Position numbers and translations under genes: made by a program
Notes under the pieces: model-generated
Database searches by the model: none
Seen by the model: the letters and a program-made list of their open reading frames with translations, nothing else
Told to the model about the DNA's origin: nothing
Part shown: piece after piece, positions 6,433-14,589 of the stretch
How the letters are laid out: each line of letters begins with the position of its first letter
Position numbering within the stretch: position 1 is the stretch's first letter
DNA from: Synergistaceae bacterium
GTDB taxonomy: Bacteria > Synergistota > Synergistia > Synergistales > Aminobacteriaceae
Length of the DNA: 38,572 nucleotides
NCBI GenBank assembly: GCA_009778055.1
Contig: WRKN01000001.1
Coordinates: 1 to 38,572, forward strand
Direction: 5' to 3'

Positions 6433-8210
6433 CGCACGACGGAGCAAGCACGCCCCGGCCTCAAAAAGTGATATCCCGCCTCACCGCTTACGCCGCGCCG
6501 TATTTGAAGACTTTCCTCGCGGCGTTTTTTTTCATGCTGGCGGCTTCGGCCCTTAATACTTTGCCTCCCCTGCTTTTTAAGAGCGTTGTGGACGACGTCC
6601 TGATCTCCAAGAACATGGCGATGCTCAATATGCTGTGCGTGGGCGTCGTGGTGATTTTCACATTGAAGGGAGCCGCCTCGTTCGGGCAGCAGTATTTCAT
6701 GAACTGGGTCGGCCAGCGCGTGGTGATGGACATCCGCATGGTTCTTTACGACCACATGCAGAGAATGTCCCTGCGCGTCGTCCACGCCTCGCGCGTGGGA
6801 GAGCTTATGAGCAGGATCACCGGCGACGTGGCTACGCTTCAGAACCTTGTGACCTCCACTCTGGCCAATTTGATAGTCAACGGGGTCACGTTCTTCGGGA
6901 TGCTGGGGTTCATCTTCTATATAAACTGGCGGCTGGCCCTGATCACCATAACCACGCTGCCGGCAGTTTTGTGGCTGCTGACCTTTGCCGCCGGTAGCCT
7001 TCGCAAAGCGGGCCACAGGGTGCAGGAAAGGCTGGCCAACCTAACGGCTATCGTTCAGGAGGCCTTCTCCGCGATAAGAATCGTCAGGGCGTTCGCCACG
7101 GAGGAATTTGAATCGGCGCGTTTCCGCGAGGGCAACGTCGAAAATTTCGACGCCCTGCTCCGGGCGGTGCGTATTCAGGCGTTCCTGTCGGGCGTGGTGG
7201 AGGTGTTTTTGATACTCGCCCTGGCGGTGGTGTTCTGGTTCGGCGGGCGCGACGTCCTGAAAGGCAGGCTCACCCCCGGCGAACTGGTGGCCTTCATAGG
7301 GTATATCGCTTTCATGGTGCAGCCCATCCGAGTTTTCATGAACGGGATGAATTCTTTGCAGACGGGCCTTGCGGCGTCCGAGCGCATATTTTCCGTCCTG
7401 GACTCCCCAACCGAGGCGGACGGCAAGAGCGCGGGCAGCAAAGAAAATCGCGCCCCAGGACGCATCAAAGGGCGGGTCACGTTCGAGCGCGTGCGTTTTT
7501 CCTACGCGCCGGACCGGGAGGTTCTGCGCGGCATCGACTTGGATACTCCAAGCGGCGAAAAAACAGCCATAGTGGGGCCGACGGGTTCCGGGAAATCCAC
7601 CCTCGTAGACCTCATTCCACGGTTCTACGACCCAACTTCCGGACGGATTCTGATTGACGGGCAAGATATATCAGGCCTCTCGCTCCCGGCGCTTCGCAGG
7701 CAGATAGGCATAGTTCCGCAGGAATCGGTTCTCATGAAAGGAACCGTCGCGTTTAACATAGCTTACGGGCTGCCGGAACTGCTCGATCGTTCGGCCTCGT
7801 CCATGAAAACCCTCCGCGCCGCCGCTCAAACTGCCGGTATAGACGAGTTCATAATGAGCCTGCCCGGCGCTTACGAGGCGGAGATCGGAGAGCGCGGAGT
7901 GAACCTGTCCGGCGGCCAGCGGCAGAGGATAGCCATAGCGCGCGCCGTGGTGCGCGACCCGCGCATCCTGATTCTGGACGAGGCCACGTCCTCGCTGGAC
8001 TTGGAGGTCGAGCGCCAGGTTCAGGAGGCTATGAACCGCGCAATGGCCGGGCGGACGTCTTTTGTGATAGCGCACAGGCTCTCCACGGTAATGAACGCCG
8101 ACCTTATTCTTGTGCTCTCGGAAGGCGAAATAGTCCAGCGCGGAACCCACGAAACCCTGCTGCGTGAAGACGGCCTGTATGCCCGCCTGTACGGCCTGCA
8201 ATTCAAATGA
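6429..8210 (+). CDS. msbA: ABC transporter, fused permease/ATPase, MsbA-like lipid A/lipid flippase
   Basis: A six-TM N-terminal half is followed by an NBD with Walker A 'GPTGSGKST', signature 'LSGGQRQR' and Walker B 'ILILDEATS'. The gene sits directly upstream of lpxK. Confidence 0.9.
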   Translation: MTHDGASTPRPQKVISRLTAYAAPYLKTFLAAFFFMLAASALNTLPPLLFKSVVDDVLISKNMAMLNMLCVGVVVIFTLKGAASFGQQYFMNWVGQRVVMDIRMVLYDHMQRMSLRVVHASRVGELMSRITGDVATLQNLVTSTLANLIVNGVTFFGMLGFIFYINWRLALITITTLPAVLWLLTFAAGSLRKAGHRVQERLANLTAIVQEAFSAIRIVRAFATEEFESARFREGNVENFDALLRAVRIQAFLSGVVEVFLILALAVVFWFGGRDVLKGRLTPGELVAFIGYIAFMVQPIRVFMNGMNSLQTGLAASERIFSVLDSPTEADGKSAGSKENRAPGRIKGRVTFERVRFSYAPDREVLRGIDLDTPSGEKTAIVGPTGSGKSTLVDLIPRFYDPTSGRILIDGQDISGLSLPALRRQIGIVPQESVLMKGTVAFNIAYGLPELLDRSASSMKTLRAAAQTAGIDEFIMSLPGAYEAEIGERGVNLSGGQRQRIAIARAVVRDPRILILDEATSSLDLEVERQVQEAMNRAMAGRTSFVIAHRLSTVMNADLILVLSEGEIVQRGTHETLLREDGLYARLYGLQFK

Positions 8211-10537
8211 ACAAATTTTTCCAACGTTTTCAGCGCGTCGTACACAGTTACATGAACTTCGTCAGGGGTACGAAATTTTCCCTCGTCTGGGCGTTCATAA
8301 TTCCGTCTTCGTGGATAATGCGCCTTTGGGTTGAAATATGGGATTTTTTCTACCGTCACGGGCTCCTGAAAATTCTGGAGCCGTCCATACCGGTCATAAG
8401 CGTTGGAAATCTCACCTTCGGAGGAACCAACAAGACCCCGTTCGTGGAAATGCTTTGCAGGCTCATAGAGGCAGGCGGCATACCGCCGGGCGTGGTCAGC
8501 CGCGGTTACGGAGGCGTTAACCCCGACGTCCGCGTTGTGGAGGGGGGGAAAATATCCGGGCTTGCGGCCGACCGGCGCTACGTAGGGGACGAGCCTATGC
8601 TGCTCTCGGCGCGTTTGCCGGGAGTCCCCGTGGCGGTGTCGCCCAACCGCGTGAAGGGGCTGGAAGAGCTGGAGCGCAGGGGCGTCAAGCTGGCGGTGGC
8701 GGACGACGCCTTTCAGCACCGGCGGTTCGCGCGCGACGCGGACATCGTCCTTATCGACGCGGCGTGTTCTTTCGGCAACGGCCTGCTAATTCCGGCCGGA
8801 ACCCTTCGGGAGCCTCCGTCCGCCCTGAGGCGCGCCCACATCGCCGTCATAACGAAAGTAGACCAGGCGGACGCGTCCGAGCTTTCTTCGCTTCGGAAAA
8901 AAATCTCGGAATTCGTCCCGGAAAACCGTATTTTTTACGCGCGCCTCAACGTAGCGGACTGGGCGGTTTGGGAAAACGGCAGCTTCCGCCTCAACGCCGA
9001 AAAGCCGGCGGGGCTCAGAGTGATGGCGTTTTCCGCCATAGGTAACCCCGACAGCTTCGTATGCTCCCTGGAAGCGGAGGGAACGATAATTGCCGGGACG
9101 CGGCATTTTCGCGACCATCACTCCTATTCGGAGTCCGACATGGAGTCGCTCCAGGCCGAAATGAAAGCGCGCGGCGCCGATTATCTGACCTGTACCGAAA
9201 AGGACATATATAACCTGCCGGCGGCGTGGAGGTCGGCGTCCGGCGCGTCGGGAAATTTTCCTCCCCTGCTGGTGCCGAGGGTCGTCACCGTCATGGACGA
9301 GCCGGAGCGTTTCAACGAAGCGCTTCTGGAATGTCTCCGCCCGCGCCTTGTGGTAGCGTCCAACGGTTACGGGGAAGACGCCATCGGCGTATTGATGGCC
9401 CAAAAACTGCGCCGCGCCTTCCCATCCGCCGAGGTGTCGGCTTTTCCCCTGGTAGGGCGCGGCGAGCCTTACAGGAGCCAGGGCTTCAAAGTGATTGCCA
9501 CGCCTTCCGTGACGCCCTCCGGCGGAGTGATTAAGTACAGGCTGCGCGACCTTTGGGGGGACATCCGCGCCGGGCTGTTCGGGCACATCCGCGACCAGCA
9601 GGGCGACTGGCGGGACATCGCCGGCAGGGTGCGCACTCCGGTTTGCGTGGGTGACGTGTATCTGCTGTTACACACGCTGTGGGGGCAGGGTATCTCTCCG
9701 CTGTTTGTGGCCACGGCCAAGACCGTGTACCTCAGCGGCCACTGGAGGCTCGAACGCTTCATAATCAGGCGCTGCTGCCGTAGAACATGGACGCGGGACA
9801 GCGATTCCGCCAACCAGCTCGCGGCGTCCGGCGCCGACGCGGTATACGCTGGAAACCCTATAATGGATCTTTTGGGCGACGTTCCGATCTCGGCGGCGCA
9901 AGGGCATGGGCCATTTTCGCGCCCTCTGGTCATGCTGCTGCCGGGTAGCAGGCTCCGGGCTTATGCCGACGTAAAAATGCTGCTTGACGCGGCCTTGATT
10001 ATGCAGACCCAAAAAGCCTGTGATTACGTAATGGCCCTTGCTCCTACAATTTCTCTCCAGCGCCTGATAGAAGCGTGCGAAGGATGGAACAGCGGTGAAA
10101 ATACCGGCGAAAACATAACTCTGAAAAAAGGTGAAGTGGAAATACGGCTGCATCAGGGCGACGTGCCGTCGGCGGCAAATGGCGTTCACATCCTGATCGG
10201 GCTTGGGGGGACGGCAAACCAGCTTTGCGCGGGCATGGGAATACCCGTGATATCTATAGACGAAAAGGGCAAACGCGTGCAGAAAAAACTGCTCGAAGAC
10301 TCCGAGCTGCTGGTGGAACCGACGCCTGAGGCGCTGGCCGCCTGCGCCCTGAAGGTGCTCACGACCCCTGAGCTTCACGCCATGATGAGCAGGGCGGGCA
10401 GAACCCGCATGGGCAGCCCCGGAGCGCTCGACAGCGTGGTCGGGTACGTAGGCAGGGAACTGGGGTGGAGCGTCCGGTGCGAGGTCTATGAGAAGCTGAA
10501 ACGCCCAAACGCTTTGCCGTCCAGCGGAAATTCATAA
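8207..10537 (+). CDS. lpxK: Tetraacyldisaccharide 4'-kinase (LpxK) fused to a ~400-aa C-terminal domain resembling 'lipid-A-disaccharide synthase-related' (LpxB-like) proteins
   Basis: The N-terminal ~375 aa are LpxK-like ('VISVGNLTFGGTNKTPFVEML...VVSRGYGG', 'DDAFQH'). From ~9341 the sequence 'RLVVASNGYGEDAIGVLMAQKL...' recalls the SNG(H/Y)GED N-terminus of LpxB-related proteins (from memory). The start overlaps the msbA stop (ATGA). Confidence 0.85.
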   Translation: MNKFFQRFQRVVHSYMNFVRGTKFSLVWAFIIPSSWIMRLWVEIWDFFYRHGLLKILEPSIPVISVGNLTFGGTNKTPFVEMLCRLIEAGGIPPGVVSRGYGGVNPDVRVVEGGKISGLAADRRYVGDEPMLLSARLPGVPVAVSPNRVKGLEELERRGVKLAVADDAFQHRRFARDADIVLIDAACSFGNGLLIPAGTLREPPSALRRAHIAVITKVDQADASELSSLRKKISEFVPENRIFYARLNVADWAVWENGSFRLNAEKPAGLRVMAFSAIGNPDSFVCSLEAEGTIIAGTRHFRDHHSYSESDMESLQAEMKARGADYLTCTEKDIYNLPAAWRSASGASGNFPPLLVPRVVTVMDEPERFNEALLECLRPRLVVASNGYGEDAIGVLMAQKLRRAFPSAEVSAFPLVGRGEPYRSQGFKVIATPSVTPSGGVIKYRLRDLWGDIRAGLFGHIRDQQGDWRDIAGRVRTPVCVGDVYLLLHTLWGQGISPLFVATAKTVYLSGHWRLERFIIRRCCRRTWTRDSDSANQLAASGADAVYAGNPIMDLLGDVPISAAQGHGPFSRPLVMLLPGSRLRAYADVKMLLDAALIMQTQKACDYVMALAPTISLQRLIEACEGWNSGENTGENITLKKGEVEIRLHQGDVPSAANGVHILIGLGGTANQLCAGMGIPVISIDEKGKRVQKKLLEDSELLVEPTPEALAACALKVLTTPELHAMMSRAGRTRMGSPGALDSVVGYVGRELGWSVRCEVYEKLKRPNALPSSGNS

Positions 10538-10582
10538 AGGCGGCAAGCGCCTGTGTCAGGTTCTTGCCGCCTCTGTTTTGTT
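10538..10582. terminator. Hairpin between convergent genes (10-bp stem AGGCGGCAAG/CTTGCCGCCT, 15-nt loop) followed by CTGTTTTGTT
   Basis: The stem arms were checked by hand. The hairpin begins immediately after the lpxK-fusion stop at 10537. Confidence 0.6.
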
Positions 10583-10617
10583 ATGGACTGTAAACTATTT
10601 TCGAGCCGCCGGAAAAA

Positions 10618-11061
10618 CTAATCAATGCCCTCCAGGGAGTCTATCATCTTTCCGATATCGTCGTGCTCGCCTATGATGCTGAGAAACAAGATCCATTCGT
10701 CCCCTGCAACGATGCCTTGACAAGCAACTCCGTGTTCGTTCTCGAACTCAAACTTGTAAGCGTCTCCGGCTTTTGTCAGGTTTTTGCCGTTCAGTTCTCC
10801 CCGCAGCGCCTCCGCGATTTCCTGCAGGGACATCTTGTCCTCGTTCTCGAAGCTGGAAACGGTAAGCGCCGCCGAGTCGTCCGGCGCGGTGAAACCTACG
10901 GTGTAATTTTCCTTGTCCTCTTCCACCTTCCAGCCGTCGGCCACGTCAATGGAAAAACGAAGATCATTGAACGTCATAGTCCTGGCTTCGGAAGAAGCCC
11001 CAAACACCGTAAAAACCGCCAACAACGCAACTGCTACCGCCACATACGTTTTCTTCACCAC
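10618..11061 (-). CDS. Small secreted/periplasmic hypothetical protein (147 aa)
   Basis: The signal peptide is 'MVKKTYVAVAVALLAVFTVFGASSEA'. An SD 'AGGAGG' lies upstream. It sits directly downstream of the LRR gene. Confidence 0.7.
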   Translation of the reverse strand: MVKKTYVAVAVALLAVFTVFGASSEARTMTFNDLRFSIDVADGWKVEEDKENYTVGFTAPDDSAALTVSSFENEDKMSLQEIAEALRGELNGKNLTKAGDAYKFEFENEHGVACQGIVAGDEWILFLSIIGEHDDIGKMIDSLEGID

Positions 11062-11108
11062 AAAAACCTCCTGTAATTTGTTTTCCGCAACTAGTATATC
11101 ATTTCAGT

Positions 11109-12077
11109 CTAATTGTCGTCGCCGCTCCCGCTGTCGCTTTTGGCCGGGAGGTACGGAATGATGACGTTAGCCACTTTCTGGGCTGGCATTGACTGCAGCC
11201 AGATGTTTCCCGGCCCGGTTAGCGTCGTAAGGAAAAGCGCGACGCAAAGAAGGAGCCACAGGCCCGCGTTTGCCGTCATAGCGTCGCAGCCGCTGCCACC
11301 GGATGTATCAGTACTGGTCAGCAGTCTGGAACCGGCCGGATAATTTGAGGATCGCAAACGATTTTTGTTGGAGTAAATGCTCAGAGGTCCCACACCCTCG
11401 AAAGCGTCTTCGCTCACCGACGGGTCGGCATTTCCAAGACGAAGAACCTTAAGCTCCGTGCAGTTTGCAAAAGCCTGATTTCCGATATTCTCCACCGAGA
11501 GCAGAGTCAACTCCGTGACGGACGACGAATTCATGAACGCCAGCCTTCCCACTGTCGTCGCCGCAGGGAGGGAAATTACCTTCAAGGAGGTATTATTTTC
11601 GAAAGCTTGCCACCCTATTATTTTAACTTGCGGCAGATAAAAGCTCTCCAAAGCAAAGCAGGAGAAGAACGCATTGTTCTGGACGGTTTCCAGCATGGGC
11701 ATGGAAACACTTTTCAATCCGCTCCGGCTGAAAGCCCATTCGCCCACACTGGTCACCTGCGACCCCGTTATGGAGGTCAGCATCGTGTTGCCCCTCATCG
11801 CTTCGTTCGGTATTGACGTCTGACCGTTTTCTAAAACCAGCGAGAAGGAGAGTCCTTTCACGTCAGTTTCGTCTTTCAACGTCCTCCACCCCGTCGCGTT
11901 CAACTGTCCATTACCAACTACGATTAACTTATCCCCCGATCTAAAATCACCAAAATCCAGTATCCCATTGTTCAGTTCCGTGACCAATACCCTGACATCC
12001 GCCGCCAGGGCCTGGGATGGGAAGCCCGCTATCGCGCAAACCAACAGAACCGCCATTACTCCGCACAATTTTCTCAT
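11109..12077 (-). CDS. BspA-type leucine-rich-repeat surface protein with a C-terminal Gly-Cys + TM sorting-like segment
   Basis: The signal peptide is 'MRKLCGVMAVLLVCAIAGFPSQALA'. Repeated ~23-aa units of the type '...AF..C..L..V.LP..V..IG..AF...' follow. The C-terminus reads 'SGGSGCDAMTANAGLWLLLCVALF...'. Confidence 0.8.
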   Translation of the reverse strand: MRKLCGVMAVLLVCAIAGFPSQALAADVRVLVTELNNGILDFGDFRSGDKLIVVGNGQLNATGWRTLKDETDVKGLSFSLVLENGQTSIPNEAMRGNTMLTSITGSQVTSVGEWAFSRSGLKSVSMPMLETVQNNAFFSCFALESFYLPQVKIIGWQAFENNTSLKVISLPAATTVGRLAFMNSSSVTELTLLSVENIGNQAFANCTELKVLRLGNADPSVSEDAFEGVGPLSIYSNKNRLRSSNYPAGSRLLTSTDTSGGSGCDAMTANAGLWLLLCVALFLTTLTGPGNIWLQSMPAQKVANVIIPYLPAKSDSGSGDDN

Positions 12078-12345
12078 TTTCTCACACTCTCCTTACTTGA
12101 TTTTGTCAGGCGGCATACCTGTGCCGCCGAAGTCATGCTACATTCTGCCATCTTTTCAGCTCGATTGAAATAACATTTCACGAAGCGCAAAATGTAGTTG
12201 ACGAATAGCCAATAACATGCCTGTTCTTTATACATAGGGGATTGCACGGTCATAAGACAGGAGTGACGGTTATGAATTACCATACGTTTTACGAAACGCA
12301 AATGAGGGCGATACCGGCATGAGAACACCTTCAGCGAATTTTTGA

Positions 12346-13506
12346 TTATTTCCGAAGCGTGGCGACGGCGCGGCAGGTCATGGATTTTGCCATTCCCGGG
12401 TCGCCGGTGCGCTCCGGCGACTTGGCCTTTATGTTGACGCAAAGACTGCCAAGGCCGGGGTTCAGAACGGCGGAAAGTTTTTCAGCCATCGCCGGCAGAT
12501 ATGAGTTCAAGCGCGGAACCTGGGCCTCCAGAACCGCGTCCGCCCATACTATCTCCCACCGCCGGCCCTTTACGAGTTCCACGACACGGCGAAGCAGTTC
12601 CAAACTGTCCGCTCCTTTATATTTTTCGTCGTTCGCGGGGAACAGGTTTCCTATGTCGGGCAGGCCCGCCGCTCCCAAAAGCGCGTCCGCCACGGCGTGA
12701 GACAGGACGTCCGCGTCCGAGTGCCCCAACAGCCCCAAAGGTGACGGCACAACCACGCCCCCCAGGACAAGCGGCCTTTCAGGCGTCATGCGGTGCACGT
12801 CGTAACCGATTCCAACCCTCATTCCACAGCCTCCCGTTATCTTCTCCTTCTCCCGCTTCTCGACAAGCGCCTCGGCCAGCTCCAAGTCATCCGGCCACGT
12901 CACCTTGAAGTTCAGCCTCTCTCCCTCGACGCAACGCAACTCCAGCCCGGCGTCAAGCCAGGCCTCCGCCTCGTCCTTGAACGCCGCCCCCCGCTCGCTC
13001 AAAATCTTCAATAACATTTCCCGAAAGAAAACCTGCGGAGTCTGAGTGGCGTACAGTCCATCCCGGTCAACGGCGCGGACGCCATCCTCGCATATTGACT
13101 TAAGCGCCTCCGACACGGGCATGACCGGGACAGCCCCTACCGTGGGGGATACGCTTTCCATCAGCCTGCGAAGAAGGTCAACGCTCGCGAAAGGGCGCGC
13201 CGCGTCGTGCACCATCACGTAATCCCGCGAGGACGCGGCGAGGCCGTTTCGCACGGACTCCGTGCGCGTAGCCCCCCCAAACGCCACCTTGACCGGAGAG
13301 GGGATTGAAATTTCATCCGTCCCATACCCGGCGGGCAAAACGAGAACTATTTCCCCCGCTCCCGCGCTGAGAGCCAGGTCAACGCTCCAACTCCACAGAG
13401 GCTTTTTCCCCTCCCCCAAAGAGCGGAACTGTTTCCCCAGCCCGCCTATGCGGCTGCCGCTGCCTCCGGCGACTATTAAGAAGGAAAAATCTTCGCTTTT
13501 TACCAT
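12346..13506 (-). CDS. ispDF: Bifunctional 2-C-methyl-D-erythritol 4-phosphate cytidylyltransferase / MEcPP synthase (IspD-IspF fusion)
   Basis: The IspD N-terminus is 'LIVAGGSGSRIG'. The IspF half reads 'RVGIGYDVHR...GHSDADVLSHA'. Confidence 0.92.
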   Translation of the reverse strand: MVKSEDFSFLIVAGGSGSRIGGLGKQFRSLGEGKKPLWSWSVDLALSAGAGEIVLVLPAGYGTDEISIPSPVKVAFGGATRTESVRNGLAASSRDYVMVHDAARPFASVDLLRRLMESVSPTVGAVPVMPVSEALKSICEDGVRAVDRDGLYATQTPQVFFREMLLKILSERGAAFKDEAEAWLDAGLELRCVEGERLNFKVTWPDDLELAEALVEKREKEKITGGCGMRVGIGYDVHRMTPERPLVLGGVVVPSPLGLLGHSDADVLSHAVADALLGAAGLPDIGNLFPANDEKYKGADSLELLRRVVELVKGRRWEIVWADAVLEAQVPRLNSYLPAMAEKLSAVLNPGLGSLCVNIKAKSPERTGDPGMAKSMTCRAVATLRK

Positions 13507-13516
13507 CTATATTTAC

Positions 13517-14146
13517 CTATTTCCCCACAACCCGAGCCTCCAGGGCCGTGTGCAGCGTCACCCTGTCCGCGAACTCTATCGAGCCTCCCACCGGCAGGCC
13601 GAAGGCCAGGCGCGAGATTTTCGGCATTTTCAGCTTTTCTTGTTCCCCGTCCGTGAATTTTTCCCTCAATATTTCTTTAATGGTGAAGTACGTGAGGTCG
13701 CCTTCCATTTTGGGGTTCGTCGCTATGATTATTTCCTCGGCTTCCAAGTCGGTTATGTGCTTCAGCAGGAAGCCGATACATTCTTCGCTCAGCTCCTGCC
13801 CGTCCATAGGCGAGACCTTGCCGTCCAGCACGTGGTACAACCCGTTGTAAACGCCGGCCTGCTCGAACGACGCCAGGTCGTCTATGCTTTCGACCACGCA
13901 CAGAGTGTGCCTGTCCCTGAGGGCGTCGGCGCATATCGCGCAGGGGTCGGAGTCCGACACGTTGCCGCACTCGCCGCAGCGGGTCAGGTTGTCCTTCAGT
14001 TCCGCAATCGCGCCCCCCATGCTGCGGAGGAAGGCTTCGTCCTGCCTGAGCAGGAAAAAGGCCATTCTTCTCGCGCTCTTGTTCCCTATGCCGGGGAACT
14101 TGTTGAAGAAAGAGACAAGTTTACTTATAGGGTCCTGCATTATCAA
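13517..14146 (-). CDS. recR: Recombination protein RecR
   Basis: The HhH motif is 'FPGIGNKSARRMAFFLL'. A Cys4 motif 'CGECGNVSDSDPCAIC' and a Toprim region are present. The gene follows ybaB directly. Confidence 0.92.
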   Translation of the reverse strand: MIMQDPISKLVSFFNKFPGIGNKSARRMAFFLLRQDEAFLRSMGGAIAELKDNLTRCGECGNVSDSDPCAICADALRDRHTLCVVESIDDLASFEQAGVYNGLYHVLDGKVSPMDGQELSEECIGFLLKHITDLEAEEIIIATNPKMEGDLTYFTIKEILREKFTDGEQEKLKMPKISRLAFGLPVGGSIEFADRVTLHTALEARVVGK

Positions 14147-14155
14147 AAAGCCTGA

Positions 14156-14476
14156 CTAAAACCTCATACCCAGCGAGTTGGCGATGGAACCCATGTCGAA
14201 GGAGGGCATACTGGAGGAGGCCAGTTCCCTGCTTTTCTGAATACCGTTGTTGACGGCAACCAGAATGAGGTCTTCCAGCAGTCCGGCGTCCTCGGGTTTT
14301 ATTATCTCCGGGTCAATCTTGAGCTCCACCAGGTCTCCGTGCCCGGTGAAGGTGACTTTAACCATTCCTCCTCCGGATTCCCCCTCAACCATTTCATCGC
14401 CGAGCTTCTCCTGAATCTGCATCGCCTGATCCTGCATTTTTTTTACCATTTTAAGCATGTCGTTGTTAATTTTCAT
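14156..14476 (-). CDS. ybaB: YbaB/EbfC-family nucleoid-associated protein (106 aa from the internal ATG)
   Basis: 'MKKMQDQAMQIQEKLGDEMVEGESGGGMVKVTFTGHGDLVELKIDPEII' fits the family. The ATG at 14476 is preceded by GGAGG, and the longer ORF to 14551 has no SD. Confidence 0.9.
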   Translation of the reverse strand: MKINNDMLKMVKKMQDQAMQIQEKLGDEMVEGESGGGMVKVTFTGHGDLVELKIDPEIIKPEDAGLLEDLILVAVNNGIQKSRELASSSMPSFDMGSIANSLGMRF

Positions 14477-14589
14477 ATTGAGACCTCCGATATTTAAGAT
14501 ATGGGAGTATAGTGGGCTTATCTCCGCCCCTTTACCGAATTGATTATACACCTATACTTTAAGTGATTGTCACGACGGAGGGATCTTAC

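Noticed and set aside
6240-10378. Several long minus-strand ORFs (6240-7016, 7041-7664, 7671-8201, 8021-8719, 8786-9586, 9668-10378) lie opposite msbA/lpxK.
   Set aside because: Their translations are Arg/Pro/Gly-rich, as expected for antisense frames of GC-rich genes. The plus-strand proteins carry unambiguous ABC and LpxK motifs.
12078-12345. A 268-nt gap between ispDF and the LRR gene contains the hairpin GGCGGCA-TACCTG-TGCCGCC (12109-12128). I considered a riboswitch (for example c-di-GMP) or a terminator.
   Set aside because: I found no conserved riboswitch core sequence, and the hairpin lacks a U-tract on either strand. At most it is an mRNA leader stem-loop, which is insufficient for a call without a covariance-model search.
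14477-14589. I considered a sigma-28 (FliA) promoter upstream of fliD.
   Set aside because: Only a weak 'CCGAAT' resembles the GCCGATAA -10 element. No TAAA-type -35 lies at the right spacing, so the call is not supportable by eye.
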